Shown here piece after piece: positions 35,362 through 41,774 of a DNA stretch of 41,774 nucleotides. Source of the stretch: an uncultured Fimbriimonadaceae bacterium (GTDB lineage: Bacteria > Armatimonadota > Fimbriimonadia > Fimbriimonadales > Fimbriimonadaceae); contig CAYONY010000002.1 in the NCBI GenBank assembly GCA_964405415.1, forward strand, positions 1-41,774, given 5' to 3'. Position 1 is the stretch's first letter. Each line of letters opens with the position of its first letter. The position numbers and the translations under genes were made by a program. The notes below the pieces were generated by a model. It was not told the origin of the DNA. It ran no database searches and worked only from the letters and a program-made list of their open reading frames with translations.

Positions 35362-36672
35362 CTAAGCCCGGAGGGCCAAATGGGAACCTGACGGTTCAGC
35401 GGCAAGTTCGCCCAAGAGGCTCCCGTTGCGAAGCTCATCCAGTCGAACCCAGGCCAACGTGTTAACCAGGCTTTGCGGGCCGGCGAAGCGGACTTCCAAG
35501 TAGTTGTCGGTGAGCCCGCGAAGCACTCCGGATTCGGGGTGCCGCGACTCCACGAGGACCCGCAGGGTCCGCCCCAGAAACCGCCGCATGTGCACCTCTC
35601 CGGTGGCCCGCGTCGCTTCCGAAACGGCAAGGCTGCGACGCTGTTTCTCGACGTCCGAAATGGGGTCTCCCCACTGGTCGGCGGGAGTCCCAAATCGCGG
35701 GCTGAAACGAAAGACATGGGCCTTGAGGTAGCGGGCTTCGCGGCAAACGTGCAAACTCGATTCAAACCGGGCTTCGTCCTCGGTGGGGAAGCCCACCATG
35801 ATATCGGTGGTAAGGGAAAGATCGGCCACCGAAGCATAAAGGCAATCGCACAGGGCCAAGTAGTCGGCCTGGGAATAGGGCCGGTTCATATCGGCCAAGA
35901 CTCCCGAATCGCCGCTTTGGAGCGGGATGTGGAGGTGGGGCACCACTTTCGTTCGGCCCAGCATGGCGATCAGCCGCGGCGTCACCTGCCGCATTTCGAT
36001 GCTCGAGATTCGGATCCGATCGAGCCCGGAGACCGCATCCAGCTTCGCAACCAGATCTTCAAAGTCCGGTCCCCCGCTTCCGGACTCGGGCCCGTAGGCG
36101 CCGATGAGCACCCCGGTAAGTACGATCTCCTTAAAGCCCATCGCGGCCATTCGCTCGGCTTCGGCAACCACTTCGGTCCACGGCCGCGAGACCAGGCCCG
36201 GACGGGTATAGGGGATGCTGCAGTAGCTGCAGAAGACGGAGCAGCCATCTTGGACTTTGAGCGTGGCCCGAGTGCGGCCCGCCACCTCACGCGGACGGCC
36301 GGAAGCGCGAGTGGGGAGGTTGGCGTAGCCGGGAAAGCGCTCAAGGAAACGGTTCAGGGTGGCGAGCTTTTCCGGATTGGGCACGACCACATCGGCGCCC
36401 TCCAAGGCTTCGCCCTTGTTCACGGCCATCTGAGCCGCGCATCCGGTGACGACCACTTTCGCCTCCGGATTGGTTCTTCCGGCCCGCCGAATCGTGTAGC
36501 GGCTCTTGCTTTCGGCGACCGAAGTGACGCTGCACGTGTTGATCACGTAAACGTCGGCGGGACTCTCGAACGGCACCACGTCGAACCCGGCCGCCTCGAA
36601 GGAGTCGAGAATCCGTTGGGTTTCGTACTGATTGACTTTGCAGCCAAGCGTGGTGAATGCCGCCGTAGGCAT
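35362..36672 (-). CDS. mtaB: radical SAM methylthiotransferase, MtaB-like (tRNA t6A37 methylthiotransferase)
   Basis: FTTLGCKVNQYE N-terminal UPF0004 domain, CSVFCSYCSIP radical-SAM cluster and a C-terminal TRAM-like domain. ATG at 36672 preferred. Confidence 0.8.
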   Translation of the reverse strand: MPTAAFTTLGCKVNQYETQRILDSFEAAGFDVVPFESPADVYVINTCSVTSVAESKSRYTIRRAGRTNPEAKVVVTGCAAQMAVNKGEALEGADVVVPNPEKLATLNRFLERFPGYANLPTRASGRPREVAGRTRATLKVQDGCSVFCSYCSIPYTRPGLVSRPWTEVVAEAERMAAMGFKEIVLTGVLIGAYGPESGSGGPDFEDLVAKLDAVSGLDRIRISSIEMRQVTPRLIAMLGRTKVVPHLHIPLQSGDSGVLADMNRPYSQADYLALCDCLYASVADLSLTTDIMVGFPTEDEARFESSLHVCREARYLKAHVFRFSPRFGTPADQWGDPISDVEKQRRSLAVSEATRATGEVHMRRFLGRTLRVLVESRHPESGVLRGLTDNYLEVRFAGPQSLVNTLAWVRLDELRNGSLLGELAAEPSGSHLALRA

Positions 36673-36745
36673 GGCGCGTATTGTGGCATGGCCCCGGCCC
36701 GCTGCCTTCTGCCCATTGCCAACGGCCAACTGCTAACCTAGACCT

Positions 36746-37726
36746 ATGCACGCCTCGGACCTCTGGCATTCCTCCGCGGCGGGGCCAGTGCTGCTTCGCA
36801 CCTTGTTGACGCCCCTTTCCTGGCTTTACGCCGCTGGGTGGCAGGCGTACCGCGGGCTCTATCGCATCGGTCTGAAAGCCGCCAAGGAGCCCCATCGTCC
36901 GGTGGTCGTCATCGGCAATCTTACGGTGGGTGGCACCGGCAAAACGCCGATCACCCTCCTTGTTTATGACGTGATGCTTCTGGGCGGCCGAACCGTGGTC
37001 GTGAGTTCGAGCGGTTACGGCTCGCCTCGCGCGGAAGCCGCCACTTTGGCGCCCGAAGGCCCCCTTTCGGCGGCGGAATGGGGCGACGAGGCCGCGATGT
37101 TGCGGTGGTTTCGGCCGGAGATGCCGCTGATCGTCGGTCGAAACCGGGTGCGCGCCGCGGAAATCGCGCGTGCGAGCCATCCGGACGCGGTTCTGTTGCT
37201 CGACGATGGCTTCCAGCACTTGCCGCTGCGGAAGCACCTGGGGATCCTATTGGACGACGAGGCGCCAACCAATCGGCGTTGTTTGCCCGCGGGGCCCTAC
37301 CGCGAGCCCCGTCGCAACCGTAAGCTCGCCGATGTCGTGCTTCCGCGAGATTTTGAGGTCGACTGGAGTCTGGCCGGGCCGGTCGACCCCGAAACACGCG
37401 AGCCTCTTCAAGAAGACGAAAGATGGGCCACCTTGCTTTCGGCGATTGGAAGCCCGGAGCGGCTCCGGCAGAGTTTGAACTCGGCGGGTTGGCGAATCAC
37501 CTCCGAGATCCGCCGTCCCGACCACGATCCGCTGACCCAAGGTAACCTTTTGGAAGCCGTCGACCCCAACGTGCTCCTATTGACTACCGCTAAAGATTGG
37601 GTCAAGCTGCGGGAGCGCCCGGAAGTCGGCCGCTATCGCATCGGGGTGGTTTGGAACGAGCCCCGCTTCGCTGCCTTGGACCGGTTCCGCGAAAAACTCG
37701 ATGCCGCGCTCGCCCAAATTCAATAA
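36746..37726 (+). CDS. lpxK: tetraacyldisaccharide 4'-kinase
   Basis: PVVVIGNLTVGGTGKTP Walker A, LLDDGFQH and LLTTAKD motifs. Confidence 0.9.
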   Translation: MHASDLWHSSAAGPVLLRTLLTPLSWLYAAGWQAYRGLYRIGLKAAKEPHRPVVVIGNLTVGGTGKTPITLLVYDVMLLGGRTVVVSSSGYGSPRAEAATLAPEGPLSAAEWGDEAAMLRWFRPEMPLIVGRNRVRAAEIARASHPDAVLLLDDGFQHLPLRKHLGILLDDEAPTNRRCLPAGPYREPRRNRKLADVVLPRDFEVDWSLAGPVDPETREPLQEDERWATLLSAIGSPERLRQSLNSAGWRITSEIRRPDHDPLTQGNLLEAVDPNVLLLTTAKDWVKLRERPEVGRYRIGVVWNEPRFAALDRFREKLDAALAQIQ

Positions 37727-38606
37727 ACGCGTGGTCGGTTGGCTCGCGCGGGGGCTCATCCATGGATTCGAGCGATGGATGAAGCGCAAGTCGCCCCTTC
37801 AAGCCGAGAGAATCGGCGCTCGCTTCGGCCGTGCCCTTTTCCGCGTCTCCAAAAAACATCGCGAGCGAGCCCTCTCGAACTTGAAACTGGCCTTTCCTGA
37901 ACTCTCCGAAGCCGATCGATTGGCGTTGGCGCGACGGGTATTCGAGCATTTCGGCATGGTCGCCACCGACTTTATGCGCACGACCGCCCGCACCGATCAG
38001 GAAGTGGCGGAGGCGATGGAAGTGGAGGGCGCGGAGAACGTCGAACTCGCGCTCAAAGCGGAAAAGGGCGGTTTGGTGGTCACGGCGCACTTCGGGAATT
38101 GGGAGCGGGCGGCCCAATATGCGCGGGTGACCGGCCATGAGATCTATGCGGTTGCCCGCGATGTCGATGATGCCCAGGTCCAGGACGACGTGCTCCGTTT
38201 GCGCGAAAGCACCGGGATGAAGGTGATCTCGCGCGGCAATGCGGCGCGCCAAATCATCGCCCTCCTCCGCTCAAATCAGCTGGTCGCGCTGCTGCCCGAT
38301 CAAAACTGCTCCGAAAGCTTTGTCCCGTTCTTTGGCCACCCGGCGGGGACCGTTCTTGGGCCGGCGACCCTGAGCTTGCGGACCGGCGCGCCCCTGCTGC
38401 CGATGTTCTGCGCCCGCATCGGCCCCGGGAAATATCGTCTTCACCTCTTTCCCCCGCTGGAGCCCAAACCCGGCATCGAAGACCCGATCTTGGCCCTGAC
38501 CCATTCGGTGAACGAGACGATCGAGCGAATCGTCCGAATGTATCCGGAGCAGTGGCTATGGTTCCATGATCGCTGGAAGAGCGCCCGCCGTCGAGGCCTG
38601 GTGTGA
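37701..38606 (+). CDS. lipid A biosynthesis late acyltransferase (LpxL/HtrB family, lysophospholipid acyltransferase superfamily)
   Basis: VTAHFGNWE (HxxxxD-like region), LLPDQN, and PEQWLWFHDRWK at the C-terminus. ATG 37701 overlaps lpxK by 26 nt. GTG 37731 is an alternative. Confidence 0.85.
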   Translation: MPRSPKFNKRVVGWLARGLIHGFERWMKRKSPLQAERIGARFGRALFRVSKKHRERALSNLKLAFPELSEADRLALARRVFEHFGMVATDFMRTTARTDQEVAEAMEVEGAENVELALKAEKGGLVVTAHFGNWERAAQYARVTGHEIYAVARDVDDAQVQDDVLRLRESTGMKVISRGNAARQIIALLRSNQLVALLPDQNCSESFVPFFGHPAGTVLGPATLSLRTGAPLLPMFCARIGPGKYRLHLFPPLEPKPGIEDPILALTHSVNETIERIVRMYPEQWLWFHDRWKSARRRGLV

Positions 38607-39556
38607 AGGTCCTGCTGGTTCGGTTCTCGGCCATCGGCGATTGCGCCATGGCCGCCCATACCGCCACGTGCATCCGACGATCAAGTCCCGAAGCTCATCT
38701 GACCTGGGCGGTCGAAGAACGCTGCGCCCCGGTCGTCGATGAGGCGAGGCTCGTTTCCCGGCGGGCGGTTTATCCCCGAGAGCGATGGAAGCAAGGCGCC
38801 TGGACCCCCCGCGTTTGGCGCGAGCAATGGCAGTTCTATCGTTCGCTGCGCGCGGAGCAGTTCGATTTTGGGTTGGATCTTCAAGGCCACTCGAAAACCG
38901 CGATATGCCTTCGGCTTTCGGGCGCGCGAAAGCGATTGTCGCTTCGCGCCACCGATGGATTTGCGCGCCGTCTGAACCCGGTCTTCACCGATTACGGCGG
39001 GGTCGTCCACACCGTCGACCGCCAGCTTGCCGCGCTCCGATCGCTCGGCAACTTCGCCGGGGACCCAGTTCCGCCCATCCTTCCGGAATATGCGGCGCTG
39101 CGTGCGGCGATGCGGGAAAAGCTCGTGGGACGTCCCACCGCCACGATCGCGGTAGGTGCGGGCCAGCCCGCAAAGGCGTATCCCGCGGAGCAGTGGGCGG
39201 CCGTGGCGCGCGCCCTTCTCGACGAGGGATTTCGCGTGGTCTTTATCGGGGGGCCGGAGGAATCGGCGCCCCCCGTTGCGAATGCCGAGGACTGGGTGGG
39301 CCGCTTAATACTGGACGAAACGATGGCGCTGATCGCCGAAAGTGCGGTCGTGCTTGCCGCCGACACGGGCGCCGGACACTTGGCCGCCGGCTACGGTGTC
39401 CCGACCGTGTCGATCTTCGGTCCGACCGATCCCGCCGAATTCCGTCCCTACGGCCCGCACTCGGTCGTTTTACAGCGAGGGAATCGGACGCGCGACGTGC
39501 CGGCTTCCGAAGTGATTGCCGCGGCAAAGGAGGCGGCTCGCCCTTGCGGTTCCTGA
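38603..39556 (+). CDS. glycosyltransferase family 9 (LPS heptosyltransferase-like)
   Basis: MKVLLVRFSAIGD start and C-terminal ADTGAGHLAAGYGVPTVSIFGPT. GTG start overlaps the upstream stop (GTGTGA). Confidence 0.85.
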   Translation: MKVLLVRFSAIGDCAMAAHTATCIRRSSPEAHLTWAVEERCAPVVDEARLVSRRAVYPRERWKQGAWTPRVWREQWQFYRSLRAEQFDFGLDLQGHSKTAICLRLSGARKRLSLRATDGFARRLNPVFTDYGGVVHTVDRQLAALRSLGNFAGDPVPPILPEYAALRAAMREKLVGRPTATIAVGAGQPAKAYPAEQWAAVARALLDEGFRVVFIGGPEESAPPVANAEDWVGRLILDETMALIAESAVVLAADTGAGHLAAGYGVPTVSIFGPTDPAEFRPYGPHSVVLQRGNRTRDVPASEVIAAAKEAARPCGS

Positions 39557-40449
39557 TCTCCCGTCTTTCGTCGTTGGGCGATGTGGTGTGCTCGCTCCCC
39601 GCCGCCGGCGCGCTCAAGGCCGCCTTTCCCGAGAGCGAGGTGCACTGGATCGTCGATCCCCGGTTTGCCGACGTCGTGGCATGCTGCCGACATGTGGACG
39701 TCGTTCATGCCGTTGCGTCGCGGCGGCTCGAGGGCGAGTTCGAGGTTGCTCTTGATCTTCAGGGACTCTTGAAAAGCGCTTGGCCTCTCGCGCGGGTCCG
39801 GGCTACACGCAAACTCGGCTATCATTGGCAGCGTGAAGGCGCCTGGCTCTTCACAACACCGGTTCGCCCCGACCCCACGTCTTTTCACATCGTGGACCAA
39901 TACGTCGACGTCGCTCGCGCGGCCGGCGGCCTCGCGGGCGGCGCCGAATTCGGTCTCGAGCCCGATGCGAATGTACTTGAAGCTCTCAAAGCCAAACTCC
40001 CCGATCGTCCGTTCGTCGCGCTCAACGCCGGCGCGGGATGGGTGACGAAGCGCTGGCCCGCCCCGCATTTCGCGCACGTGGCCGAAGCGCTTTCCCAACA
40101 AGGGATCTCGAGCGTTCTGATTGGCGGAAGAGCGACGGCCGACCGCGAAGCCGCCGACGCGGTCCTCGCCGCCGCAAAGGCCACTCCGGTCGATCTTCTC
40201 GGCCAAACCAACATTCGCGAGCTCATCGCCTTGCTCAGTCTTGCCAAAGCCCACGTGGGCGGCGACACCGGCAGCACCCACCTGATGGCGGCCTTGGGGC
40301 GCCCGGCAATCGGCCTCTATTCGATCACGCGCCCAAAACGATCGTGCCCCTATGGCCAAATCGAACGGTGCCACTACGACCCCGCCGGACTTGCTCTAAT
40401 CTCGCCCGATGCGGTGATGTTGACCGTGCAGGAGGCCCTTGCATGCTGA
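39544..40449 (+). CDS. glycosyltransferase family 9 (second LPS heptosyltransferase-like paralog)
   Basis: In-frame TTG at 39544 gives LRFLISRLSSLGDVV. C-terminal GGDTGSTHLMAALGRPAIGLY. The upstream part of the 554-aa track ORF is an alternative frame of the preceding gene. Confidence 0.8.
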   Translation: MRFLISRLSSLGDVVCSLPAAGALKAAFPESEVHWIVDPRFADVVACCRHVDVVHAVASRRLEGEFEVALDLQGLLKSAWPLARVRATRKLGYHWQREGAWLFTTPVRPDPTSFHIVDQYVDVARAAGGLAGGAEFGLEPDANVLEALKAKLPDRPFVALNAGAGWVTKRWPAPHFAHVAEALSQQGISSVLIGGRATADREAADAVLAAAKATPVDLLGQTNIRELIALLSLAKAHVGGDTGSTHLMAALGRPAIGLYSITRPKRSCPYGQIERCHYDPAGLALISPDAVMLTVQEALAC

Positions 40450-40892
40450 ATTGGGACCAGGCCCTTGCGCTGCGGAAAGGCCGAAGGCTCGTCTTCACCA
40501 ACGGAGTCTTTGACCTCTTGCATGCCGGCCATGTCGCCTATCTCGAGCAAGCTCGCGCTTTGGGCGACCTCCTGATCGTCGGGCTCAACACGGATGCGTC
40601 GGTGCGAAGATTGGGAAAGGGCGATGGCCGCCCCATCAATCCGCTTGAAGATCGAGCCGCGGTCATCGCCGCCCTGCGCGCCGTCGACGCCGTTGTCGCC
40701 TTCGAAGAGCGAACCCCCGAACGGATCATCGAAACCCTAAAGCCGGAGATTCACGTGAAAGGCGGCGACTACGATCCGGAAACGATGCCGGAGACCGCCC
40801 TTGTCCATTCGTACGGCGGCGACGTGGTGGTTCTGCCGCTCTTGACGGGCCGGTCCACCTCGGCGATCCTCAAGAAGCTGGGCGCCGAATGA
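40443..40892 (+). CDS. hldC: D-beta-D-heptose 1-phosphate adenylyltransferase (stand-alone RfaE/HldE domain II, HldC-like)
   Basis: TNGVFDLLHAGHVAYL, LIVGLNTDASVRRLKG-like, RPINPLEDRA and VKGGDY closely follow the C-terminal half of E. coli HldE. ATG overlaps the upstream stop. Confidence 0.88.
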   Translation: MLNWDQALALRKGRRLVFTNGVFDLLHAGHVAYLEQARALGDLLIVGLNTDASVRRLGKGDGRPINPLEDRAAVIAALRAVDAVVAFEERTPERIIETLKPEIHVKGGDYDPETMPETALVHSYGGDVVVLPLLTGRSTSAILKKLGAE

Positions 40893-41635
40893 AGCTCTTC
40901 GATCCCGATCCGAACCTTCGGTGGCTCTTCGCCCTCACCCATCCCGACGATGAGCTCGCGATCGCCGCCTGGATTCGCCGCTTGGCTTTAGCCGGGGCCG
41001 AGGTCCACCTGAGCTGGACCACCTCGAACCCCGAACGCCGATGGGAGGCCCGCGACGCGGCTCGAAGCCTTGGCGTTCCCGAGGATCGGCTCCACTTTTT
41101 GCCCGGCCTAGACCGCGCCGTCGAAACCCAACTCGAATCCCTGCTCCCCGTCGTCCGAGCCCTAGTGGAAGCGGTTGAACCCGATCGAATCGTCGTCGGC
41201 GCGTTTGAGCAGGGTCATCTGGACCACGATTCGACCAATTTCCTCTTTGCTCGGGCCACCGCCGATGGAAACGCCATTGGGCTTCTGGAAACTCCGCTCT
41301 ACCACGCCTATTGCCAACCCATTCCCACCCTCAACCGCTTCGCGGCCCCTTCGCCTACCGAATCGACCCTCCCCCTGGCGCCCATCGAAATCGAATTCAA
41401 GAAGGCCCTCGCGCGAAGCTATCCCAGCCAAAACATCTGGGGCAACGTGCTCCTCTACCGCGTGCTTCAAATCCTTCGCGGCGAAAAGGAAACGATCGGA
41501 ACCGTCGAACGGCTTCGCCTTCAAACCCACTTCGACTTCCGAGCCCCCAACCTCCCGGCCCCACTCGCCGCCCGCGTCATCCGAACCGCGCGGTGGCGAC
41601 GCTGGCTCGCCGCGATGGAAAGCCTGAACCCCTAG
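40889..41635 (+). CDS. PIG-L/LmbE family deacetylase
   Basis: THPDDE motif near the N-terminus and a downstream HLDHD. ATGA overlap with the upstream gene. Confidence 0.75.
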   Translation: MKLFDPDPNLRWLFALTHPDDELAIAAWIRRLALAGAEVHLSWTTSNPERRWEARDAARSLGVPEDRLHFLPGLDRAVETQLESLLPVVRALVEAVEPDRIVVGAFEQGHLDHDSTNFLFARATADGNAIGLLETPLYHAYCQPIPTLNRFAAPSPTESTLPLAPIEIEFKKALARSYPSQNIWGNVLLYRVLQILRGEKETIGTVERLRLQTHFDFRAPNLPAPLAARVIRTARWRRWLAAMESLNP

Positions 41636-41650
41636 CCCGCATCGCAAACT

Positions 41651-41685
41651 CCTCTCTCCTCACTCCTCACTCCTCACTCCTCATC
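41651..41685 (+). repeat. heptanucleotide tandem array (CCTCACT), 3 perfect copies plus degenerate flanks
   Basis: Perfect units at 41658-41678, flanked by CCTCTCT and CCTCATC. It lies 16 nt downstream of the PIG-L stop. Confidence 0.95.
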
Positions 41686-41740
41686 CTTCTGCCCTCGGCC
41701 CTCTGCACTCTATCTCAAAACCCCGTAAACTCCCAACTTC

Positions 41741-41774
41741 ATGTTCAAACGCTTCATGCAGCAGGTCGACCGAG
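41741..41774 (+). CDS. possible 5' end of a CDS truncated by the window edge
   Basis: ATG at 41741 opens MFKRFMQQVDR... and runs off the window. No further evidence. Confidence 0.25.
   Translation, partial: MFKRFMQQVDR

Noticed and set aside
35439-35837. Upstream part of the 297-aa ORF containing the HIT domain
   Set aside because: It overlaps the 3' half of mtaB in another frame and is Trp/Pro/Arg/Ser-rich nonsense-like sequence. Only the last 110 aa or so are HIT-like.
38785-39543. N-terminal 253 aa of the 554-aa ORF 38785-40449
   Set aside because: This part is an alternative frame across the first GT9 gene and is Arg/Pro/Gly-rich. GT9 homology in this frame begins only at LRFLISRLSSLGD, so the real gene starts at TTG 39544.

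Overview
GC-rich (by eye, not computed) bacterial chromosomal segment, densely packed with about 41 protein-coding genes. Many are translationally coupled through ATGA/GTGA overlaps and GTG/TTG starts. I found no rRNA, tRNA, CRISPR array, transposase, integrase or phage gene. It reads as core genome of a diderm bacterium, not an island.

Gene content in order:
- Start of window: cytochrome oxidase subunit IV-like protein, maf, a DegT-type sugar aminotransferase, a BI-1/YccA-like membrane protein coupled to a P-II paralog, and a secreted Ig/TPR protein.
- Regulatory block: hybrid histidine kinase (KdpD-type membrane module), ECF sigma factor and a kdpE-like response regulator.
- Next: secreted S8 protease, secA, a TetR regulator coupled to an S41 peptidase, GH1 beta-glucosidase, a lipoprotein of unknown function, recN, a CDF transporter and a FemAB-like GNAT.
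- Next: a fused NDP-sugar pyrophosphorylase/phosphohexomutase, MarR, queC and a Uma2 endonuclease.
- Long minus-strand chain: mtaB, HIT, oxidoreductase, folK, two pilC/gspF paralogs, a J-domain membrane protein, a HAD hydrolase and an M48 peptidase.
- End of window: an LPS lipid A/inner-core cluster (lpxK, lpxL-like, two GT9 heptosyltransferases, hldC-like, PIG-L deacetylase).

Most unusual observations:
1. A family of perfect heptanucleotide tandem arrays, (CCTCACT)n and (CCTTACT)n, at three intergenic sites. Their complements are runs of Shine-Dalgarno-like sequence.
2. A related heptamer-rich block of about 144 nt inserted in frame into a loop of queC.
3. A 445-nt gene-free convergent spacer with a 12-nt periodic TGAAC motif.
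4. The pilC-pilC-J-protein triad with no ATPase or pilin gene in the window.
5. A G13 homopolymer between kdpE and the ECF sigma gene.
6. Promoter -10 boxes placed 6-7 nt before start codons, suggesting leaderless mRNAs.

I cannot point to a clear-cut novel multi-gene system such as a defence island. All family assignments come from motif recognition by eye and need HMM or BLAST confirmation.
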